Positions 24,336 to 37,900 of a DNA stretch of 64,000 nt are shown one piece after another. The position numbers and the translations under genes are program-made. How positions within the stretch are numbered: the stretch's first letter is position 1; the number at the start of each line of letters is the position of its first letter. The DNA is from Spirogloea muscicola (taxonomy: Eukaryota), in NCBI GenBank assembly GCA_009602725.1, contig WELB01000013.1:856561-920560 (forward strand), given 5' to 3'. A model generated the notes under the pieces. That model did no database searches and was not told where the DNA came from. It was given only the letters and a program-made list of their open reading frames with translations.

Positions 24336-25930
24336 CCGCTGAGGTAAAGGACGAATGGTTGGCATGTCGCAAATGCCTACTGATGCCCTCCTACGATTTG
24401 GTGGGTTGTCGTATGGATCGTTTGACTACAAGAGGCTTGTTATGTGTGCCATTGCTGACCTGCTTGTGGCAAGCTCTCTAAGCCTGCTCGCTTTGTATCA
24501 CTGAAGACCCCTTCACACCTGCCTGACCAATTTATCGTATTCTTGCAACAGTTGCGTTTCTATTATAGCCAAAGCTGCTTCTGTAGTATCAGCCGGCTTC
24601 TTCTGCTTGACATTGTCGCTCCATCTTTGACAACTCCTGAAGTGCCTCACCCCTAAGTATGCAGTGTGCCTCATGTTGCGCTATGATCTGTCATTAAGGC
24701 CGGTGAGAAAAGGTACACAAACCAAATATGTTAGTCACAGCGCCTAATTTTCAGGCCAATACTCCACCTCCCTTCTCAGCCGAGGTTTCTAGTTGATCAG
24801 GCAAGACATGGCCCAATGATAACGGTCACCATGACAGTGCTGCTTCTCTCGGCTGTGAATCGTAGGCCACAAGCATTGAGAGCATTAAGGACTCGACAGG
24901 AGGGTCCTCTGAAATGAACACCATGGATTCACAGAACCTGGACCATCAACAAGGCTCTTGCAGCTGCTTTTGGAAAACAGACAGATTACTTAGAGGGGCT
25001 GGCTCTGAGGAACCAGAACCTGTTACTGCCGAATTCCTTGTCTTGGGAGGGAAGGCGCCTGAGAAAAAGCCATGCTTGTATGCTGAGCCCATTGCATAGG
25101 CAAAGCATCAAAGACAATCATTTAAGAGACGGGGGCAAAGAAAGCCGGGGAATAAGGATCAGAGACAGTGGCAACTCGTGCAGAAGTAGCCTTTCCATGT
25201 ATCAAGATTCCCTCAGCCGCGTAGTGTATGAAAGGCTCTGCTTACAAGGGGCTATGCAAGCAGATTGAACCTGCACAAATGGCATAACAACAATTTATGG
25301 TCACTTTCCTTGACCTACCCTTGGGGTGAGGTTGAGTCGAGCATGAGGGGCACTAGAATGTGATACCCATTTGTGCAATGAAAGAGAGGATGCTTTCACA
25401 AGAAATGTGGCCAAGTCACTAACATGCCGAGCAACTGTTACGGCTGCAAAGCATGCCTTATAGGTGCTTGTACTTAGGATGTCATTCTGTTAGATTAAAA
25501 ATTGGCTACAAGATTAGCTCTGTCTCGTGCAAATATAAGGTAGTCAAACTTACCGTAACTTCTGAAGAGCTAACAAGAGCTGTCCATGGTCAATAATTCA
25601 TGACTAACACTGTCCATAGGTGTATACTGACTTGCACCTTCTCTTTACATTCTTGCAGAATTGGGCATGCTATGTCACTATGCAGCATGACTGGGGGGTG
25701 CCTTGAAGAGCGTGCAATCTGCAAGATACTTCCAACTTACGATAAGGCAGGTTGCAGCTCTGTCTCACATCAATGCTGCAGTTGTGTAAAAGATGCAAAC
25801 AATCCAGGAGGATGCGCAACAATGCCAGCTTTTGACAGTAACAATTAATTTCACCTCTTCATAGTTAGAGAATGCAGGTGATGCCCCTGCTGTGACCTCA
25901 TGAAACTTTGTGGTCTGAATCAGGGCGCCC

Positions 25931-28900
25931 TTAGGGCACAGTGATGGAGTGCTCCTGGTCAAGACCTAGGTAACAATCCGAGACAAAGTATAGGCGAAGG
26001 TCCTGCCAACAACCGTGAGGGAACAGTGGAGTCAGTCAAACATGGGGCAATTGGGGTGTTGGTTAGGTTTGGCTAAATGACTGGCACATGCAATACTTGC
26101 ACTCTGGAAATCTTTTGGATGCTAGCACATTAATAGCTATAAATACAAGTCCTGGGGTAAGCATGGCTGACGAACATCGACTTTCATGCTTGCCTTTCCC
26201 TTGGAATGCATCCCTGCTGGCAGCAGCAAGCGCGTGGTGATGTGATTGGAGAACGTGACACGCTTAAGAACGTGGAGCTCCTTCGTGGCCGGAGTCCCAA
26301 CAAGCAGCCACCAGCCGGGTTCTTTCATCTGCTTGACACATGCAGCAACCTTAGGACGTAAGGAGAGCCCAGAACATTAAAACAGGTGATATCTCAGCAC
26401 ATAATTCATGTGTAAACTAATAGTCAATCTCCTCAGCTTTACAAGGCCTCTTGACTTCGAAACACACAGCACCTTGGGAAAACGAGGAGCATAAGCTCTA
26501 GTGCCATGATCCTGGACCAGCTGCCTTCTCCGAGAAAGGTGTACTTCCAGCATTGATTCACCATCTTCACTTCTCTTCCCTGGCTCCTCTAATGTTCTCC
26601 ACGTCAAAGTGACTCGAGGGAGCATGCCCAGGGCAGCCATCAGCTCGTTCAATTGTGATAATGGCAGCTGTGCTCTGAGAAGGGATCTTATCCTGTCTGA
26701 TGAAGCCTCCACCACATCCTTGAGTGTCAAGAACCCTTCCTGTCGCAGAGTTCCTCCTATACTCTCTGTGAAGTGGGGAAGAATGTCGCAAGGGTTGGCG
26801 TCCATCCAGAGGCCCTGTTCAGAGAGGCCCACAAAAACAACATCCCAGACTGTTTATGTAAGAAGGCAGTTTACCGTACTTGGATAGTCTCTAGTCTCTT
26901 TCTCCAATCCAGCTTGCAATCAAAGAAGCTGGCACTACATGTGATGCATCATAAAAGGGCTCCTGGTCCTCTGCTAAGATCACATGCAACCTCCTGAGGT
27001 GCCTTGAAGCAATCACCTGCAGGACCATCTGCATCAGCTGCATGCATCTCAGAGTTGTTTGCAGCCACCCTCCATTGGCAGCAACATCCACCATTGCCTG
27101 GAGGATACGAATGCTTTGATCCAACAAGGACTTGGTGTCGGTGATGTAGTCGCTGATTGGAAGGCTCAGCTGTGAAAAGTGCGCCTGTAGAGACAAGAAG
27201 ATCAAGAAGATGAACATACAGGCCAATTTGGTGGAACATAGTATCTGAGAATGTTTTCAACGTTGACAGAGCTGACTGACCTGGAAGAGGAGGTTCGCCT
27301 TCGCGTGAGGGTCTTCTAAACTCTTGGTATGTACTGGCCACCGCACTCTTGATGCCAGCTGCCCGTTTAGGATGTCCTCATTGTGCCTCACCGGCAGCTC
27401 GTCAAACTCTGATGCTCCAGAAAGAATCTGCAGAAGTTGCTGTTTGAAAAGAGGGAGGATGGAAGGGCTATCAGAGGACACCCAAGCGTGAACAATAACG
27501 AAAAGCAAGATGTAGTAGTAGACTTCACAGTGCACACGCGCGTGTACGGACCCTCTGGAAATGACATGTCCATGTATAGATTTGGGTTGTGTACGGGAAG
27601 CCATGAGTACCTGAGGTGTATTGTCAGCATGCATGCTTGAGCTGAAAAGTGCCAGTGTGGTGTAATGTAAGTAATAAAGTGATGCTACTCTCCCAAGATA
27701 AAGTGCATCAACTGTGTGGTCCTCGTTGACCCTAACACACCCCGCATCCTCAAGGTCCTGCAGACTCCCACCTATCAAGCTGCCAGGCATTGAGGTGCTC
27801 GTCAGCTGCAATCATGCTAGTCTTCTCTGTTATATCTCTGAGGCCATAGGGTTAGCATACTGCAGCTCCAATTTATGCCTTGGATAAGTACCAGCTAGGC
27901 ACAAGTACAGCGCATACAAAATGGAGCAGACAGCAGAGCGGACTTGAGCATGCACTGATGCTGACAATGCACCTCGAGAGGTACAAATTGATTGATTCAC
28001 TGGTTGTCTCGTCTAGGTCATAGTAGCTGGGATTCATAACCTACATGCACATGGACATGCCAATCTCTGAAGACTGCAAAAACAGACTCTCAGCAAGTTC
28101 GCCTCGTCATGCCATATTGCACAACCCTTTGTCTCTACAATGCAGTCTGCCGTCACAAGGTAGTAACTAAAGCGCAACGGCACTAACAGCCTCACACCTA
28201 CGCTCTTGCTTCTGATGCTTCAACCATGACGCTTCTGCGTAGCAAGCAGAAGCGAGTCAAGAAGCAGGGGAACAGAGGAGGGGCCAAGTTGAACAAAAGA
28301 GCAGACCAGTCTGCGAAAGAAGTATGTCCATGTGAGGTAGTCAAGAGCATCCTGCGTGTTGGCAATGGTTCCAGCAACGACCTCTGCATTCAGATGATCA
28401 TGCAGCTGACCAGCGAGGCTACTTTCCACTGGGAAGGGCTCGTACAGAAACTGCAAAAGATCATTGAGGTCCTAGCTTCAGGTCTTTGTGCATCTAAGAA
28501 CAGCGTATCGAGGAAGATCTGCCTGTGCAGGAGATGGGGTGCTTGAATTTCCAGCGAGCAACGTAACAGGCTACAGGCATAATGATTGTGGTTCAAACGT
28601 CTTGCACAGTCTAGTGGTCACCATTAGGACGATGCTTGTGAGCTACAGCACTACTGGAAGTATCCGTGCATGAATACACATGGGCACATCACAGACCACC
28701 ATAAGAAGGTCATTCCAGCTTGCCTTCTTGTAGAAGCTCTTCTTAGGCTCATGTACAAGGATGACAGCCTTGCCATGCTGATCGAATTGCGGCCGTCCAG
28801 CTCTCCCCATCATCTGGAGCACATCTGTGATTGGGAAGTCCACATACCGCTTGAGCTTGCCATCAAAGAACTCTGTGCCCTGCCAGATTTAGACAAAGAT

Positions 28901-31900
28901 TGTGAAGAATGAGACCGTAAACCCTTAGCAGCTGCATGCAGCACCGCTCATCACACTCATGTTACTCGAGCCATCAGGAGTGCAAGAACCAGTCTCAGAC
29001 CATGCTTCCAACTACAGCATGATCATCTGCCAATAAAGCCAGCCCTGTCGCAGATAGCAGATAGCAGTCCAGCTGCAGTACTACCTTGATGATGACGAGG
29101 TGAGCCGGGAGATTGACACCCCAGGCCAGCGTGCTAGTACATACGAGGACCTGTCAAAAGCCCATGTCTCATTTCAGCTGCTGCTCTGGCGCCCACTCTT
29201 CTCCACAGAGAGCCAAGATCATTGTGCTGCATCTTTTATCTGAGCATGTCATTTGCAAGTGTACCTGAATTTTGCAGTTTGTGAACAATTCTTCCACTAG
29301 TGAACGATCCTTTGTGTTGAGGCCAGCATGATGCAAACCAACTCCAAATTGTAGTGTATGTTTCAATGTGGCATCGGTTGCTTGGGCCACGACCATGGCA
29401 ATCTCCTCCTCAGTCAGGCTCAAGAATTGCCGCGGGCGTTCATCTGCAGCCGCACACTGAGGACCCCTCCAACAAAAAGGCATCACAAACAATCAGTGAG
29501 AATCTCTAGCGTGCAATTGGTCAACTGAGGACACTATAGACGACAAAAGATATAACCAACGGGCAACTCGTCTAGATTTCACAGCAGGTAGGCTTGCAAA
29601 TATGGTCTCCAGCTTTGGTGTTGGTCTCCAGCTTTGGTGTTGAGGTAAGCTTATGTTTCATGTCAGACCCATCCTGCACGCTGTCTGCTTAGTATGAAAG
29701 GAGAAGAGAAGAACAATAGGGTCACCAGGTTTATGTGATTACCTGGATAAGGTCAAGAGCTGTCAGACGGGTCTGACGACGGGAGGACACAAAGATGAGC
29801 ACTGGCTTCAATGGGGAATGCGTGTTGATGGCTGCATAAGCTGGCTTATTCATGCTATTCATGCGTGGACAGTAAAATTTGCCAGGATACCCCTGCATTT
29901 CAGAATGAGTGCCTCGAGGTTGCAGTAAGCTTTTGCCCACAACGTTTTACGGGCCCGTATCTGTGGCGGTTAAGATACCGAGGTAGATATCATCTTGCAG
30001 TCAGAAGTGCCATCTAGTCCTTACTAAAGATGAGGATGATACTAACAAGCCATAGATGTGATAGAGGCTCATGCACAGCAGGAGAGGCGTGAAGCACCTG
30101 GATGTGGACCTCAAGGGGCACAGGCCTGACACTGGGCTTGAAGTTGTACAATCCGACCTTGTCGATTCCTAGCCAGTCTCCTAGGTCCCTGCACCACATC
30201 GCATATTTATGCAAAGGTTGGTACTTAATGTCCATTATATGCAACTGGCAGACTTGTCCGATCACAGAAATTGGCACATGCGCCACAGATACATTGCACA
30301 TGGGCGCATCCTCCATCAGCAATGCTTCCTGACACAAGAGCTGGTAAATGTCCTTCCTGGCTTCTCCACAGCAATACATGTCCAATTTGTGTGTTAAAAG
30401 TAAGCGCGGTCAATTAGCTGTCTAGTTCATTACTTGGCATTAGCAAGGGCTGTTGAGAGGCCAACAAAGCGGATTGGCTGGGCCGTCTGCGCTGCAATGT
30501 ATCTCATCCGGGAGACAATGACCTGCCACGAGAAGAAGTGCACGATTCTGTTTGCTACTATTCTGGTTGTACATCATATTCATCTTTCACTATGAAGAGT
30601 TTAATTGTCATCACAGGACAAGGACAAGCAGTGATACTGGTTGTAAAAAGCTGCACTAAGAGATTGATCACAAGGAGAGGATGGGGCATAACTACCTCCA
30701 AGATCGGCCCTCGGTCGGCACCCAAGAGATGGATCTCATCAATAACCATAAGCCCAACCTACAAGGCCCGACATCACCGACTGTCAGGCTCACCAAAGTC
30801 GCACTTCGTTGTTTGTTGACAGAGTCTTAGGTGACCACTTTCACGTGCTATAGCTACATAGCAGATAAAGCTCCAGCATCAGCAAGCGCGAGACAGCAGA
30901 CTTCAATAAACGATGCACTCAATCCTTGTTTCCTGTGAGACCTTGCGAGCATAGGTGCGGTTGGACCAATTTCGACTGATGCCGTCCCACTTCTCAGGTG
31001 TGGAGATAATTATGTCAGCAGAGATTAAAGCCTTCAAATCTGGTGTGAAGTCCCCTGTGAGCTCCACCTGTCACCAGCCACATCAAAGACATACACGCAA
31101 TTTGACTGTATGAGCAGCACCAAAATGAGGCACCTGGTGGCACGTCTCTTGGCAATCAAGTCAATGTGTCACTAGCACTCAAAGTTGTGTAGCGTCAGTG
31201 CTAGCTAGAGCTTTGAGGATTGTCGCCTTCACCATTTGCAGGTTGAGCTTTGATACAAGGCCCCTCTTCCAGTCTGTCATGCGCTCTCGCACAAGCGCCT
31301 TCAGCGGCGCTATGTAAATCACCTAAGCTTGGCAACCCACAGAGATCTATGTAAATGACCGCCTACCAAACACTGCTTTGCTGACTGGGCACGTACAGCC
31401 CCTGCAAGCGTCGTAACACCATGAAGTATATGTTCATGAACGCCGGTGCCCGTGAACTTGCACTCAAATAGAAACGACCCTTACTTTCATGCCTGGCTGG
31501 GTCGAGAATAGACGCAGCATGGCCAGCTCAGCTGAGATGGTCTTCCCAGAACCTGTAGGAGCTCCTAGCAGTACATTGTGATCCGTATTGTACAGGGTAT
31601 GGAATGCCTTGAAGCCAGATTGAGAAATTTAACAGCAGAGTCAGCGTCTCAAGGCACATGAGCCATACTGAGCCATTAAGATGAAGCACAGCGACGAAGA
31701 CTGAGTGATGCTTGAAGTGGTGCACGAGCACACGGACAGAGCCAGTCCAATCAGCATTCAACATCTGGAGCGTGAAGCTCATTTCTAAACAACCGTGCAA
31801 GGTGGAGTTAGGTTGCTCATCAAGCTTACTTGCGTCTGTATAGGGTTGAAGTGGGAGAAGCGGTACAGACTCTCAAATAGCGGGTTGTGCAGGGCAGTAA

Positions 31901-34900
31901 CAGGTAGCGGCTTGAGGTCAAGAAGCTCGGTATGCGGAGGATGCTTCTGCATATGCTCAACCACATCTGAAGAATGAAATCGAAGGACCCTCTATACATG
32001 TACAGAATCTGCCGTGTTGATTATCACTACTGCAAAACAATGTAAGAAGTGCAAACATCAGAGGCACAGAGCGAGGACAAACCTCGGGAAGGATGAGGTG
32101 CTGGAAGGACATGGTGTGCACAGCTTGAGCTTGCAGCCAATTGTCACTTATAGCTCGTACATAGTACTGACTGGGCAAGGGCTCAAATATAGGAATGGTG
32201 AAAGTCATCTTGAGATCCCTTCCCTCTGACACCATTTTACGATTAAGGTTGAATACATCTGAGTGATATATGTGCTCGTTTTCTGAGTCCTGCACACACA
32301 ATGGGTTAGCGATGCTGGAAGGTCTGAGCAAGCTTTCGTACGTATCACTGTAGTGTCCACTCCTCCTTATATATACCATGCAGAGCAGGCAGTATGGGAA
32401 TGCTAGACATGAATGAACAATATTGATCTGGCAAGGCACATGGTTGGTTGGCCACATGAAATACCTCAACCCAAACTAGCCATCGCTCTGTTGTGCCATG
32501 TATTTTGTCCTTCCAGACAAAGTCAGGCGTGATTGAGAGCGTAACCTACAACATGTGACCTGGCCTAGTCAGTAGAGCCTGGTGTGAAGACTGCATCCCA
32601 GGCTTCTCCAAATACATGTGATACAGATTTGTTGCATGGAACAGAAATATTCTGCTGTAATAGCTTGGATTGGCAATAGGAAGGTGATGCGGACCTGAAG
32701 TACTGTTCGTGTGATGGGACTTATATTTGCTGACAGGAATATCTTTGGGAAATACTGCAAGCACTGACTCACCAACTGCAATATAGAGTGGTGCTTGTTA
32801 GAATATCATATCACTATACTAGGAAGTAAAGAGAGACAGACACGTCTTTGCAAATATTAGCTTGTCTTACTGACAAACCTGCTTTGCAGACACTGCAGAA
32901 GTTGACAAAGGGAACGATGTAGTGACTACAATTGCCGGTTACCTTTCCACCATAAGGATGCCTGATGAGAGCACCGATTTCTTTCTCATCCATGTCGTAC
33001 AGTCGATCCATCTCTGCACCTCTTTCCTCCAACTTGTGCAGGACCTATTCACGGAACGCCAACAAGAGCACAGATCATGCGTGCCAGAAGTCAGACTGAG
33101 AGCTTGTGTCACAGCAGCGGTAAACACCTGCTGCGACATGTAATGTGGCACATCTGCTCAAATTGAAAGTCTGGAATCTGATGCCCCAAAGTTGCATAGG
33201 TGTGGTTGATTGTGGAAGATGCAGCTCTCCAAAAGACATGTGCAATCCATGGGTGAAGCAAGATCAAATGTTGTTGCCTGGTGTTTTCAATGGATAGCTC
33301 GTTTTTTGGGGTTTGGGCTTTAAGGTTCAGGGTTTAGGCAAGCTGAATCGTTTAAGCAAGCTCAACTGTTGTTGCCCTGCGTGTTATAAAAATAGCAATC
33401 TGTGCAGCATGGCAGAGCTACAGTCATGAAACAGGATCCATGTGTACCTCCAGAGAAAGCATCGAATCAAATTGCCGAAGGGGATGCTGATGCGGCCACA
33501 CTCTTCTATCGACCGACTTGCAGTACTCAAGTAGCATGGCAGCCATGCTTGACCACCCCCTCCGCAGGCATATCTCAAACAGTGCTCTCATTATTCTACC
33601 CAAGCTGGCGGAGATGTATGCGCTGTCAGCTATCAAGGAGAACCCATCCAGGAAACCCCGCGAGATATACACCTGCACATCGCTCGCATGACTTCATGTG
33701 AATCTTACTGTCTAAGTCGAAGTGAGATACCAACAAATTGAAATGAAATTCCAAGTCAACAACGTATTGTCATTGTCCATTGTCTGATATGCATAGGTTC
33801 ATTGGTAAAATAAACAAATGCAGCTGCTGAGATTGGTAATTGTCTGTACCTGTATGAGTATGTCTATCTTTCCATGCTTCTCTTCAGTACTGGCTTTCAC
33901 CTCAACAGGACAGAACTTTCTGCGCGCAGTCTCCAGTTCAGGCTGTTCCTCTTCTCTTACGGCTATATTTTCAAACTCTGAAGAATGAGCCACCATGTGC
34001 AGTAACTGCACAGGAATGTATTTACGGCCTGCCCTCATCAGTTTCGATTTGGTGAAGCTGTCATTAATTGCACAGGGGCACGTGGGCAGCCTGCCCTCGT
34101 TATTCTAGTTACAAAGTCACTCATCAGACTTGACGGTAAATAGGGCAATGAGATTGGCAGCTCATAGAAGCTGAAGAGTGTCCTTACCTCACTGTCACTC
34201 ATGTGACGTTTGAGCATCTCATTGTAAGTCTCCACAGATGTGTACTGGATGTAAAAATGAGAAGCAACTCTACCAAGCTCAGTGACATAGAGATTGCCAG
34301 ACTTTTCGTCAAACCTGACCATCTTGGCTTTGTCCAAAGCTCGAGCTGCCTCTGTGATGAGGGAACGACTCTTTGACGTCAACTGTGGATCCACCAACAT
34401 CTGCCATCATACAGTTATCTGTATATTGAGTCGGTGCACGTTATCAATGAGCAGCGGTTATCTTGATAAAGTCCGTTTGCATGCCGAATCAAGCACGGCC
34501 ATCACAAGGCGGTCGAGACGAAATGCATTGGCATCAGGATGATTTAATGCATGTGCATAAGTCGAACCTCTTCCCAGGTCATCCCATATGCTAAGGGATT
34601 TGATTGCATGCGCTTGAATAGGTAAGTGTAGCTGAGCCATGTAGAAGCCTCCTTCACGCTCGTCACTGTCCCAAGGACTATCTCTGCATTGAGGTTGTCC
34701 TTCATCGAGGCTATGAACTGATTGGACACAACAATCGATTCCCAATCAGGTTCGTTAACAGCTGCATACATTTAAGTTTTTGAACAGCACTGTCTTCTTC
34801 TGAGAATGTTTGATGCACGAGGTTTTTAACAAGTGGAATGGCAATGAGATCTTATTCATCGACTTGCCTGGCTCTCAATGGGCAGCTGGTGAGTCAGCAA

Positions 34901-37900
34901 TCTCAGGTAGTGTGACAACTTTGAGTGCGAGGTGATGATTATGCCCTCGCCGCTAGTGTCGAACTGAGGCCTCCCAGCTCTTCCAAATATCTGCATGACA
35001 TCTAGCATGCCCAGCTCCTTCCAACCTCCCGCTTTAGAGTCATAGATTTGTGTGCCCTGAAGGTGTCAGACTACGATGCTGTGAGGTGGGGGTCTTTCTT
35101 TCAGTGCCGCGGAGACTATTGCACGGTAGAAGTTGAATTGCATGCAACAGCTGGAAAGATTAATTCCACACTGCAATCAGCATGTATAAGGCTTGAGCTA
35201 GACGCAAGCGCTTCTTTTATTGGCAGACAACCTTTATGATGACCATATGAGCTGGTAAATTGACTCCCCACGCCAACGTGGCAGTGCACACCAGGACCTG
35301 GGCACCTCGCACTGTCATTAGTTACTGGCTGACGGGCACTGCCAAGCAGTCGACTTAGCATGGCGGCGGTTGGTCGAATCACAGAAGTTGCTGGAGTACT
35401 GATCTCTAAGCTGACCTTTAGTAGACCCTCGCTGAAAAGCCGTTCTGTCAGAGCCCGATCTGATCGGAGCATTCCAGCATGGTGACACCCAAAGCCAGAC
35501 TGGAAAAGCTCAGCTAGTTCACGATTCCGGGACTTGGAGACCTCCTTCTGAAAGTGGTTGGCCAAGTAGCAGGGCCTGTAAATATCAGTCCGCCGCTCTT
35601 GATTACATTTCAACCATTCTTTCTTCATAGTGTGCTGTACGCATTTGGCTTGCAGTTCCAGCCGCTTTTTAGTGGCGATTATCCTCATGCAATCAGCAAG
35701 CACAGTATTCTTGTCCGGAACTTGGGCGCAAGCAGAGAAGTCATTGTTTTGTCACATGAGGGTCAGATGTTTGCACCTTCATGAGGCCATACTGGGAATG
35801 CTCCTCAACAGTAAACTGGCCCAGGACCCCAGTTCGTTGAGCAAATTCGACCTACAAGCATGCACGCATGCTTAAGCAAACAACTGCATACTCATGATAC
35901 ATGATGCATGCTCATACATGATGCATACTTATGAGTGAATGAATCTGAGGATGTTCTCATGCATCTCTTAAAGGCTTGCCATTGTCTTACCAAGATGCGA
36001 GCTGTCTTGACAGTATCTTTTCGAGAGTGCACAAAGACCATTGCCTGCTGATCTTTCTTCACAGCCTCCATGACCTGAGTATGCATTCAAGAGAAGACGA
36101 CTAGGCTCAGGTGTGTCTCTACATCAAAAAGTTTCACATGATACTCATGCACAACGGTTTCCTGCTTCTTACATGTAGAAAGCTAGCCTGCTTCACGAGC
36201 AAATGTGGCCGTGATACACTGATGAAGGTGGTGCACATTACAGCTAAGGACAATGCATGCCCAATAGGAGGATGCTTTAAGCTGAAGCAGTTGACCTGGT
36301 CAGTCTCATACTTACTTTGTTAAAGCAAATCTCGTTCATGAGTGAATTACGGAGTACAAAATTTTGCTCGCTAACCCCAATGTATTGTTGAGCGAGCGGT
36401 ACAGGGCGATAGGAACCATCAAAGAAGAAGAGGCCGGTATCCAGATTGACTCGGAGAAATTGAGCAACCTGCCGAGAACATGTTTTGGGTTCTGTCTTCA
36501 AGACAGGATCCAACAAATACGGACCCAACAATCCTGACTATACTCCTTATTGTAATGTAGTCCATGACAACCCAAGGATGAGAATTCGCTATATACCTCC
36601 TTGTAATTAGGAAGCGTGGCTGAGAGGCCCACAATGCGTATCATGCTTTGGCTCGACTCGACCTGAGAGAACAAGTGCGATGACATTAGGATTGATTTCA
36701 AGGCTCAGAAAGCTGCTTGAAAGGGCTGCTTAAATGCATAGCCCATTGCTTTGGTGCAATATCAGGCTGCAATCTGATCTCACTGCAAGCATCTGCAATC
36801 AGAGTCTCAGAGTATGCATTACGGTTATAGAGCAAAGAAAGACTTAAGAAGCAGAATTTGAGCTGATCAGACCTGGCGCAATGTCCTTGCCACCAGTGTC
36901 TCAATAACAGGACCTCGATCATCATTCAGCAAGTGCACTTCATCAACAATCAACAATCTGACAAGAGAAGCCAATGCCACATCTGAGGACTTCCGCGTAA
37001 TCACGTCCCACTTTTCAGGTGTTGTGATAATCATCTGCAGCCAACATTTACCCATTGAAACAGACATTCAGTCAAGAGGTCCGTGATGTCAACCCTAAGT
37101 GCTCAGGATGCAATAGTTGCAGACAAAATGGAAGATGAAGGACAATGCGTAATAAGGTTATCTTCAGATACCAATCAATTGATAGATATGAAGTGTCGCG
37201 CTACGGCAGGACTGTGAGAATTATAAAGGACAAGCTCACTGCCTGATGAGCCCTTCCTGCTTGCCAAATCTCTCTACCTCTGAAGCTACACTGAAGCTAC
37301 CCAATAAGGTAATGCTTACAACCTGTGTTTCTTCAAGCTCGCGCTTTGACAGCTGCATGTCCCCTGTTAGCTCCTTCACAGTCAGGCCCAACATTGACAA
37401 TCTCCTGCTGAACGCTGCCGCCATTTCAGCTGCCAGCGCCTGATGATGTGGTGCAATGAGTTAGCATGTGCGGCTCTGGCAACCACGACATCAAGGCTGG
37501 CACCCATATACATGTTGAAGGAAGCAAGCCATGAAACCTGCAGACCTAAGGCGAAATGTGCAAGATGTCACCACCTCAACAGGCAAAAGGAGAAGCAGGA
37601 GAAGCAGGAGACATGAATGTGGGCGTGAGAATGAGAGGAACAGAATGCTGCACAAACCTTCATCGGCGCTACATATACAATCTTAAACTCGCTCTTCTGC
37701 ACGATGCCTTGCTGGAGGTGTTGCCTTATCTGAGCAACACGGGTCGACATAAAGATCAGGATTGGAAGGCAAGGTCATAGCTACTGCAGTGAACACAGCC
37801 GACAACACCTCCTTGTCACGTACCTCGTGTAAGACGGTTATCATTGCAATGTTGGTCTTTCCTGCTCCAGTAGGAGCACAGACCTGCACAACAAGCTGGA

